DNA from: Xylographa opegraphella
Taxonomy: Eukaryota
Assembly: GCA_022813865.1 (NCBI GenBank)
Contig: JALDZX010000038.1
Coordinates: forward strand, 1-64,000
Direction of reading: 5' to 3'
Length of the DNA: 64,000 nucleotides
Position numbers and translations under genes: made by a program
Notes under the pieces: generated by a model
Databases searched by the model: none
What the model was told of the DNA's origin: nothing
The model's input: the letters and a program-made list of their open reading frames with translations, nothing else
In this document: positions 23,562-36,895 of the stretch, piece after piece
Numbering within the stretch: the first letter of the stretch is position 1
Layout: each line of letters begins with the position of its first letter

Positions 23562-24592
23562 CGTCGGGAAGGCAAGAGAAGGGGGGAGGAGAAATATGGA
23601 TAGGGCAGATGGAGGCTGAGAATGTCTGCTTATAGAAGGCGGTGGGATGGTAATGGTCCCTGTCGGCTGGGTATGGCTATGTATGGTCCGGTCTTGATGT
23701 GGCTGTTGATGGCGCCAGAATTGGCTCTGGGCAGGGTTATAAACTGCAACAGCCCCACAACGCGATTCGTTACAGATTGGCGGAATAGAATGGAGTGCAT
23801 ACTGCACGGTCGATGGCGCGGATTCGTGGAGCGACGATGAAGTGGCAGAGATGGGGACCATATCATCCATAGCAGGAGCAACGTGAAAATCAAACAGGCT
23901 TATCCGTGTCAAGCCGTTACTCGTTTTTCACTATAAACACCTAATCCACCCCGATCGCCATTTCCCTTGATGACACTCACAATGGTATAGAACATTCTCA
24001 ATTTCACAGAGCACCCCTGTGCAATGGACGCCCCAGATCAAAGGCTCCGTTGACCCAACCCCAAATAAACAAGCGATCCGCGCCATGCCAGTCTTTATGC
24101 GTACAATAACAAAATGTCTCAACCCAGAAAGACTTGTTGACCACCACGAACGCCGACCGGGTGACCCCACCCTCGCTGTGACAAAATGCGTAGATTACTG
24201 CTTACTGCGGACGCTGCGATAGACGAGAGACAGAGTAAATCACGTTCAGGATCTGGATGAGATGGATGACACCGCTCCAATCGTATGGTCGCATCCCAGC
24301 GTTCAGATTTTCCGCCACTGGTTGATGGCCATAACAAGCTCGGTTCGGGATAGCGACATCATGTACGAAGTCATAATGCAACGATTCGCCGGGCTCGCAA
24401 GTATCATCCTGCTTTTTGATGCTGTGAGGCTTCTCAACTTCTCATTGACATCGAAGAATATCGGCCGAAAGCGGGAAGCTTTCGTGTCTGTTGATGGGTA
24501 TCTTGAAGAAGCACATGTCAGGTTCGAGATAATCGAGCAAGTCTCTCAACACATGAGCCAGTAGACTCTAATGGACATGGACACTTGGCTCA

Positions 24593-26054
24593 TCAATGTC
24601 CCTCGCGTGGTGGCTGATCCGATCCTGGTTCTCCGGGTCGGGGAGCGTTGGTCCCGCCCTCGACTCTTGCCGTCCGCCATGCCGCTGTACCTACATTTTG
24701 GGAAGGTAGCTTCTGCTCACTCGACCCTGAGGCACTCGAACGACTCGAGGGAGCTGAGCTCGATGAATGGATAACCAACTTTTCGATCTCGGCAGTGAGA
24801 GCATGAACGACGTATTGCCGCAATTCTTTGTCCTCCCGCTGATCTTCCTTGATGAGACGACTTTTCTCTTCTTTTGACAGGCCATCCCTTCTCATCATCT
24901 TGATCTCGTTCATGATGTAGAGGAGCACTTCCTCTGGAGCACGATTTCGATCCAAGCTATGCGAGGCAGGATTGCGTACATATCGACGAGTGACATCAGT
25001 CGCACCATCAATCGAGAAGGCGATGCAGTAAGACATCTTCTTTTCCCACCCTAGTGCCCCTGTTAACAACAGACGACCTCCGACGGCCATGTCGGGAAAA
25101 CATACCTTCAGCATACAGACGAGGATTATCCCAAGCTTCCTCGCAAGCATCCACATGGATCCATCTCTTCTGGTACTCCGAGTAGACCTCGGTCCATACA
25201 TGATCCTCCGCATTCCATACCCATCGAACTCTCCCACCCATGGCTCTACACAGCATACTGAAGCAGTCGGCCCACTCGCCCACACGACCTCTTTTGGACT
25301 GGAGGATTGCCCAGACATCGCTGTACCGTGGGAAGCGTTCGTACGATCCACACTCTACTACTGAGCAGCGATATAGTTCCACCCTCGACGCTCCTCGAGC
25401 TTGTTCGTCTTGATCCGGTGGGGTCATACCCACGGCATAGGTCGGGGACCCGCATACTGGACACGAAGGGTTATTGACCCAAGTCATGAACGACCGCTTG
25501 AACCATCTGGGACCCATCAGTGATCTTATCTACTTGAACCAATATCGGACTTGACTGCACCTTTGTAAAGCGCGAATGACACAGTCTTGATACCCCCATT
25601 CCGGTTTCACGTTGTCGCCAATGCTTGCAGCTGTAGCCTGCAACATCTGATGTTCCTCTTCTGCATCGCCATAGATCCTTTCGAGAGGGATAGCCTTGAG
25701 CGCCTCGTCCAGTAAGCCAGCATTCTCGTATTGCATCGGTCTGTGCGAGATGGCGATAAGCAGATTGCGAAACTTCAAAGAAGCCGGATCTTGTGGAGGT
25801 GTGGCGACTTTGGGGATATTCCGTAACGATGAGTATGATGGCAAGGCCGACGGATTGGTCGATGTCCGCCGATTCGAGCTGGATGAGTGGTGGAACGACG
25901 AGGGAGATTGAGACCTTGGCTGCGATCGCTTTGCCAGTTCGGTCAGTCGTCTGTTGCTGAGCAGTTGCTCGAATTGGTTGGTGAGACCGGTCGCATCGAG
26001 CTTGACGGGTCGAGGTCGTTGAGAAGGGTGACACTTCCGAGTGTTGTCCGCCAT
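24593..26054 (-). CDS. png1: Peptide:N-glycanase orthologue Png1, about 450 aa, 3 exons (26054-25561, 25506-25106, 25050-24593); catalytic Cys replaced by Val
   Basis: '[17 protein letters not shown]', 'RFPRY', 'GRVGEW', '[10 protein letters not shown]', 'WIHVDACE', 'YCIAFS.DG..DVTRRY'. Confidence 0.93.
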
Positions 26055-28184
26055 GGCTACCCTCGAATCCCAATTCCCTTCTGATACGAAGATCAAGTTC
26101 CTTATGGCCTTCCGTTTGTCTTTGAAGCCGAATGATCGAACGGACAGAGGTGGATTGGGGAAATGTGGACGAATTGTGAGCCAAGCTTTGATGTCCCGGA
26201 TAGTGAAAGACGCAGTCGCAAGCACTGCCGGACTTCGCCACTCCGCCCGGATGCAGGGTTTCAGCCTCTTACGTTCGAGCGACTTTTCGGCGACATGCAC
26301 AGCATCCAGTATCGAGCAGTGGCTCTGAGTGCTGCTTCGTCTCTGCTTCCGTACGCAGTTTGTTGTAAGTGGAATGCTGCACGAGAGTGTTCGGGGGTGT
26401 CGAGGTGGTGGAGAGGAGGAACTTGGGGCGGCCGTCTTTGGAGTCGGACGTCGGCCGGGGGAGGGAGGGAGTGGTTCGCAGGACGCTGACGACGCCTGCG
26501 CGCTAGGCTCGAAGGGGCGAGGTGATTGTCCGAGGATGATGCGTCGCTCTAGCCAGATTGTTCAATCCGCCGTCGCCCAGAATCTGATAACAGTCATGAA
26601 ACACCGCCGATCCACCGGATGTTCAGAAGGGTAAGTAATACCAAATATACCACCGCTGAGCCCTCTGCCCGTTGACCGATAATCTCTGCGATCTGATCGA
26701 GCGACGACCACGAACAACGACCAGACAGTGGGTTTTAATGCACCCTCGATGATTGGTCAGTTTCGCCCGCTCTTTCGTCCGCTTGCGGAGCACTCCACCT
26801 TCCAATGCAAGATCAACCTGCGGGATCGAGGGCTGAATAACGGGAGGGGAAGGACAGCAGGATGCTGCGAATATCTGCAAACTGCAATCGTGCTCAATCT
26901 GTCGGGCATGCGTAGAGTTCGGGGTCACGTTAACGAGAGACACAACGCGATAGCACTTCTTTTCCTCCGATTATAATCCGTGACCTCTCCATCATCGCCT
27001 CTCGTAGCCTTCCTCATACCCACGCACGCCCGTCAACGTAAGTCGGGATGACTTGCGTGGAGTTGCAACCTCGAAAAGTGGATCCTTTTTTGCCTGCACG
27101 CCGAACGCGCAATGCTTTCTGGCTCGCTTACCATACTGCTTACCGCCTAGCGCCAAACGTATTCCTAGCCAGATGCAATTATCGACGACAGCAAAGATAT
27201 CGGACAGGTTGCCACCATCGTCACGAAAATCTACGTCCATAGACCGAACTGCAGAATCGGTGTCACGAAGCTGCAGAAATACTACCCTACAAAGGCCAGG
27301 AGAAGCAGGCCCTCAAGCAATGACGGAGGCTACCAACGTCCTGTATCTATCGTGCCGATCCATCCTCATGACCAGTCATCTCATTAATTGAGGCGTCACG
27401 TGGATACAGTGGTTTTCATATGGTCGAGGGTTTGAGGGGACACTTGGATGCGGAATTGATTCCGGGTTGGTGGCAGCCAGGAGACGAGGACGTTCAGGGA
27501 AACCTCGGACTTTCAGTAATTCTCTACCTGGCCATGAAATCTCTGACTACTCCTGCAGTCGACACATCCAGTGTGTTGTTACCTCGAACGAGCGGCTCCG
27601 TCGAGCCATACGTGTCGAAAGAGATCGGAAGACATTGCCCGCCATGGTAGCCCTGGGTTTGGTATATCGCAGCTTTGCTTATATAGGTAGCGTAGTATGA
27701 AAAACGAGGCCGTCAGCATTTCTGCCTCCCTTGCGCGGAGTAAATACACGGAAGTGAGCTAGATTCGAGTCTCTTCAATGTTCCATTCAATACGACCCTG
27801 TTCATTTATTCCAATCATGCACGAGGAGGAGATCTGGCAGGCAGGATTCAGATGCCATGTCTGCTGCTGCATGGTCGCGGCCGAAAGACGAACGCATTTC
27901 TCAGGCCGTGGCCTCGTCAAAGATTGCCTACTCTGTGACAGACCGCACTGCGACAAACCTAACGGAAAGGCAGAATAAATTTGCGGGAGCAACCATGTCA
28001 CATATCGCAGGAATCATGGCTTCGTTTCCCGGTGTGTACCCAAGTCTTGAGGATAGAGAGCGCCGCTTGACAGGCAAGATGAAGAACAGCTCGAAAATCG
28101 CACCGAGACCGACGCGGCAACAGCGCTACACGCTCATGCCTTCCTAGCCGATGACGACTTACGTGCTCACGGCTTACTCCCCGA

Positions 28185-31100
28185 TCATTTGTCCCACTCC
28201 TGATCTCCATGGTATCTTGGCGGAAGATCTAGATCCCACGATGGCCTCTCCACTAGTGCCACTTCGAGGCCACGCTGGGACCCGTAGCCGTACCCGCCGC
28301 TGTCATCCTCTGGCCCAGCTTCATCACTCAACGAGACTATCCCCAATATGGGGCGATACTTGAATGTGTGCCAGTGGGCCAGTCCTCGGTCCGTTGCTTG
28401 ATCGGCGACTGTGTCTCCCTCGTTCAAGCGTCGACTGTCGCCATTCACACCTCCATGTTGGTGATCGGCTTGTGGGTAAGGAGACTCGCCATTCTCTCTG
28501 CGTAAGCGGACTAGGGCAGATAGTTCGCCTGTGGTAGCCCCGGGGCCATCGTCGTCCATTGCGTCGTCATCATCATCTCTAGCTTGAGTGGGCATCGTGT
28601 GCAGTGATATCGATTGACCCCCGTCTCGTTCCAGACCAGTAGTCTTATAGATACTGCCGCCGAGTCCAGTACCCAACTCCTTTTCCGGGATTTTACTTCC
28701 AGCACCAGTCGTGCCCTGCATTAAATTAGGGTTCTGTTCTTGTGTATGTTTTCGCTTTCGCTTTCTGCTGGACCTTGTGATCTGCAGGGTATCTCCATTC
28801 AGTCGAGATTGTACTTCCGATGCCTTTGGCTTAATTGCTAGCAAATCTCTGGCAAGATCGAACATCCAGAGGAAAGTATTTCCATAGATCCACACCCTCT
28901 CCCTCCCGTTACTAATATCCCACACACAATTCATTGCGCGGTCTCGAATGGCTCGGAATGCCTCTGGCAGCATGGCAGGAGGATTTCTTCGGGACCAATC
29001 CGAGAGCTTCCCCGCGAAGATCTGGTATTCGTAGACCTTGTGGAGAGAAGTCATAACGAATAGTCGATCTTCACCAATTGGGAGGTCGTGGGAATGTGGA
29101 TTGGGGTTGTGGCGGGTCGGATGCATCGTAACATGACCATTGGTCAAAGCGGCAAGAGAGGCTGGCTTTGCCGGTCTGAAAGACATGACGAGGGGAAAAG
29201 AAGGAAGCCTTGGCAATGATGCACCCCGTGGATTGCGTATCCAGTGCTGACCGAGAACAATCACTGGATGTGCCACCTCGTCAAGCTCCCTGTTTGATTC
29301 TTCGTCATTCCCATTTGTGGCCGATTCAGTCATGAGTTGTTGACAGTTGACTACGTTATCATCGCTTTGAGAAAGATCCTCGTAGCCTTCCAGTACCCAG
29401 GAGTCCAAGTGTCCTTGCAGATCACACAATACTAGTATTCGACTATCACTCGACCATGCTGCTCGGATGATTGAGCTTTCGTACATCCCTAGGCTCCCTT
29501 GCTGTACCTTTGGAGAATTGTTAGGAGTCCTCGGTAGTCTGAGAAGTTCAACACCACGCTCCAATATTCTTGACTTCGCATGCATATCGGAGGTCTTCGC
29601 AATGCGGTGGAGATAGATCGAATCGTCGGAGCGTACAGTAAGAAGCCATTTGGAATCCGGGGAGAACTGAAGTAGTTTCGAACCATGAGCAGCTAGATCT
29701 GTCGGAATCTCGGCTTTCCGTAATTTTATGCTGTCTTTGGCAGATGATTTGGACGGTCGTAGATGGAAGATCTTGACTGAAGATAGTGTCGATACAGCGA
29801 CAAAGTTCGCGTCTGCTGAAATGCTTACGGATACTATATTTTCTTCTCCCTACAGAACAGTGCGTCAGCTCCGCCAAGCTTGTTTGAGATAGATAAATAC
29901 CTGAAGAACGATCTTTGCGACGAGGCTTCGAACCTGTCTCTGATCTGGAGCCGCTTGAGCCTCTTGAGTCTCTTGTGTGGCACTCCAAATACTTCCAATT
30001 CGCCAGATGGAAATCTCTCGGTCCCACCAGCTGACTAGAAGTCGTTTCTTAGGAGCACTTTGGACTTGCGGACAGTTCGGGATCATTGGGAGAGATCGAG
30101 TATATTCCTTCCCGAACTCTCGGAGTGGAATGATAATGGGAGTAGCATCGACGCCTGGTTATTGAGGTTAGCTAGAGTCACGTAACGAGTAGAAATTCTT
30201 ACCTCCAGACACTACGACGCTCATATCGTTACTCTCGAATGTCGCCATAGTCTTTATGTCATGTGAATGATATCTTTGGTGTGAAATTTCAGCCCATCGG
30301 TCCCTCTTTCCCTTATGATTATCGCCAGTCCTTCGGTACATTGTGGTCCTGCGGTCCATGCCCCCACTGAAAACAGTCAACCCGTCAGCACTCACGGCAA
30401 TGTCTAAAATGTCTTCTTTATGGCTCTTTATACGTTGTAGTAGTGTGTAGTTTTGCCCATCCCAAAACCTCACTTCACCAGTAGAGTCTCCAGAAACGAT
30501 GGTGCCATCAGAAAGACACCTGACGGACCAAACTAGAATTTCAGTAGGGTCACCAGGCTGTCCAGCACCAAGGGACATGCTACTCAATTGTCGACCATTT
30601 GAAATGTTGAAAATCCTAATCATGCTATCGGCGTACCCGGCGACCATCTTCCCACGTCCAAGAAACACTATACTGAGAACTCTTGACTTCTTCCCAGAGG
30701 GCCGTGCCAATGTTCGAAGAAATTTTAGATCGCCGTCCGCGGTGGAGTGCAAAACCACAGTACCATCGGCACAACCTACTGCTAGGTGCTGCTCAGATTT
30801 CTGGTTATCATTAGGCTTGGTGCTTAACGCTTCATTTTTGGCCGGAGCTTTCCATCTTGGCTGAGCAGCAATACACCAAATTTCTCCATAATTGCCACCG
30901 GAGTGTCGGATGGGCTTTCGAAGTGCCAGATCCCACTCAGTGATGACTGTGGAATAGCCAATACTGAAGAGTCTGAGCATACCTGCTACCTCCTCCTTAC
31001 CTTCGTCATCTTTTTGGCGTTCGAGGTCGTGAGTCCACACCAAGCCCTCGATACTGCGGTCTTTGCCTCCATTCAATATACACTCTTGGGCCCAGTGACC

Positions 31101-31265
31101 TCTTTGGGGATTCCATATTTCAATATTGCCATTTGCACGACCAATTGCGAGCCGTAGATTAGGCGGACTGATCGCCGATGCCTTCGCCGTTGAAGTGTGG
31201 GAGAATGCAAGTGCGTTTATGGTAGAGGCTGGATAAGGCACAAATCGACAGCGGTGGATATCCAT
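28185..31265 (-). CDS. utp4: U3 snoRNA-associated protein Utp4 (cirhin), WD40 repeat protein, 3 coding exons
   Basis: N-terminus 'MDIHRCRFVPY', 'LAIGRANGNIEIWNP', 'RSIEGLVW', 'RLFSIG'; C-terminus 'YRPILG...VERP.WDL.LPP'. Introns near 30148-30202 and 29850-29900. Confidence 0.92.
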
Positions 31266-34200
31266 GTCCTGTAGGATAGTATTAGTACACGGCGGAGGGG
31301 AGGAACGAGGAGGACACGCAATATTGTTTCAGGGTTTGTCGCAGCAGGTGCGCTCGGTTCCAGCCATGTTGACGATTTATTTTGATACGGCTTCCATTGA
31401 GCTTTGAAGTTTGTGCATTCTTCAATGGAAGTTTTACGCGACTTTGATATGGCGTGGACTGAAATATACGCGTGTGATGAGACGGCTATTCTGGATACCG
31501 GGCAAGCATAGCCGAAGCGACTCTGAACTCTGATACCAACTACTGCACTTGAAGAGTTCTTGCAGTATGACACTCATATCCCAATCATTTATATTTTCCC
31601 GTGAAATCCTTTCAATCAGACTACGTGCTAAGGGACGTATGATTCCAATCAACTTCTATAACCTTGAACGACAGCTCTAAGGTCTATACACATCAATTTA
31701 TCACGCCCAAGATGGAGGAAAACCAGCCTTTTCCTAGTAACCCTCCGTCCTGTTGCATCTTTCTCACGGAGTCTGTGGTGTGTGATTCGCCTGCCAGTTC
31801 CTGCAGGCCCAAAAAGAGAAGAACGTCACGAATTGAATATCACCTTGACTCCCACCACTTCTGAGGCTGGTAACTCTGCATAGCACAGCCACATGGCAAC
31901 TGCAGGTAGTAGTTTCATGCTGCATGCACGATGTCTCTCCGTACATTGAAGCTTCCATGAATGGCGTGGCTATCGCACCTTGCTTGATGGGCACAATATT
32001 TCGGTTCCGAGCTCCCATGGTTTCAGCCTCCTGCAGGTGCTCCTGATTGTGAACGTCCGTGCCTCTTGATCGTTAGCGCGCAGGCCACTCACGTAAGATT
32101 TGAATCTGCTCTGCTCGGGACAGCTATCGTTAATGCTAGCTTCGGTTCTGAAGAAGCGGCTATATTTTTTTTCATGTCTACGAAAAGGTAAATCTGTCAG
32201 CTGCGGGGTTAGCCAGCTTTGGAGAGGACAGTGTCCATACAATGATGGGGAGTAGACCAACAAGAACCTCGTCCACCCGTGTGTGCCATTCTTGCAGCGT
32301 GCTCAAGGAAGGTGTCGTAAATTAAGCGCGAGTATGCAAGTCACTGTCCACGACCACATTATCAGTCCGCCTCTCAGAGGTGAAACTCGTATCTGTAGGC
32401 AGTCGCTAAGACCGATCGACAACGTTACGTGGTGGCATTCGAAGTAGGCGGCTAGCAGGCAAATTGGATACATTGCTCGGGTTATCGAGAGCACCAGAGG
32501 GGAATCATAACCCGCGTCCAAAGAAACGTTTTCAGCTCTCCACAATCGGCTGGCCGGCTCACTCGCGGCCCATTTGGGGGCAACAAGTCCAGGATCAGAC
32601 CCTCGCGACGTTGCAACGCCGGGGAGCGGGGCCAAGGGGCGGAGATAGCAGCGAAGACGAATCATCGCGTCTAAGCGCGTCCGACACCGCGACGCGACTA
32701 AATCCAGCTAAATTTCGAGTGGCAGCCACACTTCGGTTCCGAGACTTGCGGAGCAGCGGATTGGCCATGATGAGGGGACATTTGAGCGGTAGATGGGCCA
32801 CCTTGAGATTGCAAGATCTCCGAGCTGCCATCTGTCCGGGATAGACGCCGCGATGGCCTACCGCCAGAAGTCTTGTGCAATATTTGGTGATGTGTTCCAT
32901 AGTGTGGCAGGCAAGTTAAATAACGCTTCGGAGTTAAGACTTGTTGTGGCGTATGTGCGGGTGAGAACCACACGCGACACCACTAGCCTAGTGGCCACGC
33001 TAGTGGTTGCAGCACTTTAAGCCGCCAGAAGTAAGACATGCCTAAGGCAAAGTAGGTACGTCAGTTGTACGGAGAGGCTGGATTTCCTGCCCCGGCCGGA
33101 TTATCGGAGGGCCAACACCACTCTCGAGCAGATCGTCCACGCAGCTGAGAATTGCCAGTGTCTCTCCATACAAGGACTTGGCACATGAGCGGAATTCGCA
33201 TGGGAATCCACTGCCATTGAGCCGCAGGAGAGCCCCCCAAGGAAAATATTCTGTCCTAACTTCCAAAAAATCGAGATTACCCCTCTCCGCTGCCGGGAAA
33301 CGCTCCGACTCCTCAACCAGGTCTTTTGCTCCGGCCTCTCCGCGCCTCAGCAAATCATCGCTCGGGCTGCGGAGACCGACTTTCCGCCCCTTAATCCACT
33401 TAGCGAAGCCACCGCCATCACCGCCGAAGGGGCCAGGCTATCCATTGCAGGTTTATATTACCGCCGGTCCTGCAGCCTCATGGCGTACAGCGTCTTGGGG
33501 TACGCGGTGACATTGCATGACCTGGTTCCGACCCCAAATGGAGTTACTGGCGTCGAACGAGCTCTCGCAACTTGCAACTTGCAAAGGATGGACGCACGCG
33601 GATCAGGTGTAGCAGCGTGCCATTCTTCCCTCTTAGACTAGCCCAGCGGTACGGTGGGAGTCGATGCAAAGAAAATGGAATGTCGACTTGATTATGAAGG
33701 CATCAATGTTTCACGGGCTGCAAAATATCGCTGTCGTGCTCCTCTCGGCAAGAGCATTGTGGATGATTGCATATGCTCCTCCCGGACGGGCTAGAATGCT
33801 CGACGTGTTTTATTCACTTGCAGTCTTGTTTGAGAGTCATGCTGGTCGCAATACATGAGCCGGAATCCGGATGGACGATAGCGCAGCGCGTCCCACGTCT
33901 TTCACTCCGGTGGACCTCCCATTAAATATAGTGGTTTTCAGGCCAACTGAGGAATAGATCGAGGCCGTAGAGGCGGGATGAGGCAATCTCTGCTAAATGC
34001 ATAGAGCCCTATCTACCACCCTGCCAATCTGCCATTCTCCGTACTAACAAGCTCTTGAGTCTTCGCACCCAGTTTCCCAGTTAGGGAAACGTGATTCACG
34101 GTCGAAGATCTCTTCATTCTTTCGTGGACGACCCGCCACGCCAAGATGTTGTCCCTTTTACCTAAGTAAAGAAATATACAGGACGCGGAACACTGTGATT

Positions 34201-35845
34201 ATTGTAAACATGAGAGAGAGAGAAGCGGTAGTCTAGAGTATCTACGCCCTGTGCAGGCCAGGGTTCCGAAGCAGGAACATGGTGGCACTGGAGGGAGTGC
34301 AGCTGGAGGGCTCAAGAGGGCAAGGGATTGGCCGTGAGTGGACCCTGCACTCAGGATCTACGCTGTAGCTCTGCAGCTGGCGGAGGTTCAGGCGAGCTGA
34401 TGGTCGATGATTTGAGAGCCTCTCATTTGCTCCGAGACGCGACCGACGATGATCCCAATCACAACACCAGCTCGTGGAGTTCCAAACACAAACCACCATT
34501 TATCGTGGATCTCATCAGCCGCTCTGTCGGGTCTCAGGGCGTCCGTCGTCGTGGGAGGAGGTGAAGGGGAAATCGCCTGGAACACCGCCCACGACGAGCA
34601 CACGATACATGATACCTACTTCGGACGCACGATACACTTCTTCTACAGCTTCTCGTCTTGTTCAACGTGACACACCGTAATACGCGCTCCGTCAGGGACT
34701 TTCTGAGCGTCACAAGCAAGCAAACGCCGAGCCCAGTGCTCTGCCGATACACAGACTTTTCAGGGTGCTGGAGTGAGACGAGCAGCTTTTCCTCCCTTAG
34801 CGATAGGCTGGCACAGGGAGTTGGGGTGCGGTCTGGCGTGTCACGACCGTCGAAGCTATCTCGTCTTGGCCTGGGACTGGACAGGACCGCGGCCGTAACA
34901 ACGACGCGATGGCGGACGGCAGCGAGACTGACGCTCTTCTCTCCACCAACCCAGGGAGGCATGGAGCAAGGTTTTCCGGCTGCAGCGTGCAAGGAAGCAT
35001 TATTCTTACCGTACCTTTAGGTACTGTACTTTCGTACTCCGTACCGTAGGAAGTCTTGCTCGCCCACAAACCCACAGCGAATTATTGCTGGAGCGGATCG
35101 GGCGCGGCGTGTCTCTGGACCACGCCATGCCCTTTTCGGACCCCCTGCTTCACCCCCCTAGTGCTTAGTTTAGCTCCGCTCTCCCCAAATCTTGAACTCG
35201 AATCGTGCCAGCCTCATCGGTCTTCTCCTCTACAGCTTCTGGAGAGCGTTGCTTGCCTCTCCTTCCTCCTTCTCCTTCTCCGCCCCAACTTCCCTCCCAT
35301 CCCTCCCCCTTCTCCCCTCTCGAACTGTCTTCACCATCCTCTGCCAGTCATCCAGAGGCTCCGTGTCGACTTCGGCGTCGTGGAGTGTCCCAGATGTTCA
35401 TCTAGGCTCACGCCCACCTCCCCCCTCGTCCTCAAATCCCCCTCGGACCGTGAAGGTGCAATTGCTGGAATTCACCTTTCTCTTCCCACGGTCACCACTT
35501 GTCCAATATCACTCTCATTTCCTCCCTCGTCGTTTCCATCCGTTCCTCGTCTGCCTGCTCTTCGTTGTTCGCCAGGTCGGCCACCCCAAGGCCTTCTCCT
35601 GAAGTCCTTCGGCCAGAACTAAGAAAAGTTTCTCTCACAAGAAAATATTTTCACTTCCATATCAAGCTGCGCTCTGAGAACTTCAGTTCTGCATGATATT
35701 GGGGTTAAGCAACTATAATTGGTGAGTCAATTGTTTTCTGTCCTGCCTCAAGTTCCATACAACGGACACCTCCGACCGGGCATAATCTCAACAAGTGATG
35801 TCTGGTACCGAATCACTCCCTCGCTCGCTTTTCACGGGTGTCGGT

Positions 35846-35879
35846 CACATGCTCGACACATGCTCGACACATGCTCGAC
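35846..35879. repeat. Tandem repeat (CACATGCTCGA) x3
   Basis: Directly visible, inside the predicted first 5'-UTR intron of the cyclin gene. Confidence 0.85.
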
Positions 35880-36895
35880 CACCAGAGACCTCTGCAGAAC
35901 GCACTTATCACCGCGATACAAAGAAAGAATAGTTGTTGGAATATCCCAGGAATTTGGTATCCAACTGTCACAACTATACTCAAGTGTATCCTCCCAATTG
36001 GATTCCCACCGTCTGTTGTGGTGCCCGTTTCTGCCTCCCGAACAGTCAAGATATATGGCACAACATGACGTCCGCAGACTGCCGAGCCTCGAAGCATTGC
36101 GGGGTTTTTGGAATACTGCTCGACAACACACATCTGTTCACCACTATCAGTTATAAATGTCTCACTACATGGACGGGCAGGGAACTGTACATTCACAGCC
36201 GAGGACTGTTAAAATATTGGTCTATGCCTGGTTTCGCCTGAACCGGGCCGAGCCGGAGATCGGAAAAGCTCATTTGCGCTTTTCACTCACTACTTTCATC
36301 AATATACTCATACTAACTATACCTGGTCATAGGTTATCACAGTCACCTTCGTTTTGAGTCTTGCCAACCTACTACTCAACATCGACGCAGGGTGAGCCTC
36401 GAATGTAAGTGTAAGTCATGGATGATCTGATGGAGGTTTGCTGATCGTTCTAGTTGACCACATTCCAGGCTTTAATCAAGAACAAACCATTCCAGCTGGA
36501 CCCTGGTGATTCCACGATCTTTTTATTTGCAAGGGATTTTAGACATTCTTTTACATCAACTGGAGGTATGGAATCTCATGATGGGCTCTTTATCCCTGCA
36601 TGACGATCTTCATCTCATTGGAGCTGACCTTGGTCCAGATTCGGCTGTTCTCTTCGAATATAGAGAGAAGCTCCCCAGTCCAGTTATATTCTGCGGACAG
36701 CCAACTACTTGACACTCATTCAACTTACTCTAACTAATCACAATCTTTAATTTTTGTTTACCCAGACACTCCTTTCGAACCCTCTCTTGCCCAGCCGTTA
36801 CTATCAGCGCTCAGGTCAGCTCAGATATACTCGGTACCACCACGATATTCCACCTGTACTCAAGGAATTGATTGAGTATCTGAGTGCCTACAGAG

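Noticed and set aside
23076..23912. 278-aa minus-strand ORF
   Set aside because: Antisense shadow of the GC-rich GPI-protein gene, with a non-ATG start and no recognisable domain.
32980..33006. CCACTAG-C-CTAGTGG palindrome followed by CTAG-T, resembling a Helitron 3' end
   Set aside because: The hairpin-to-CTAG spacing is short, and no 5' end, Rep/helicase remnant or second copy is visible.
31600..35100. Short ORFs between utp4 and the cyclin leader
   Set aside because: Mostly non-ATG starts and no motifs. Better explained as the long regulatory region of the cyclin.
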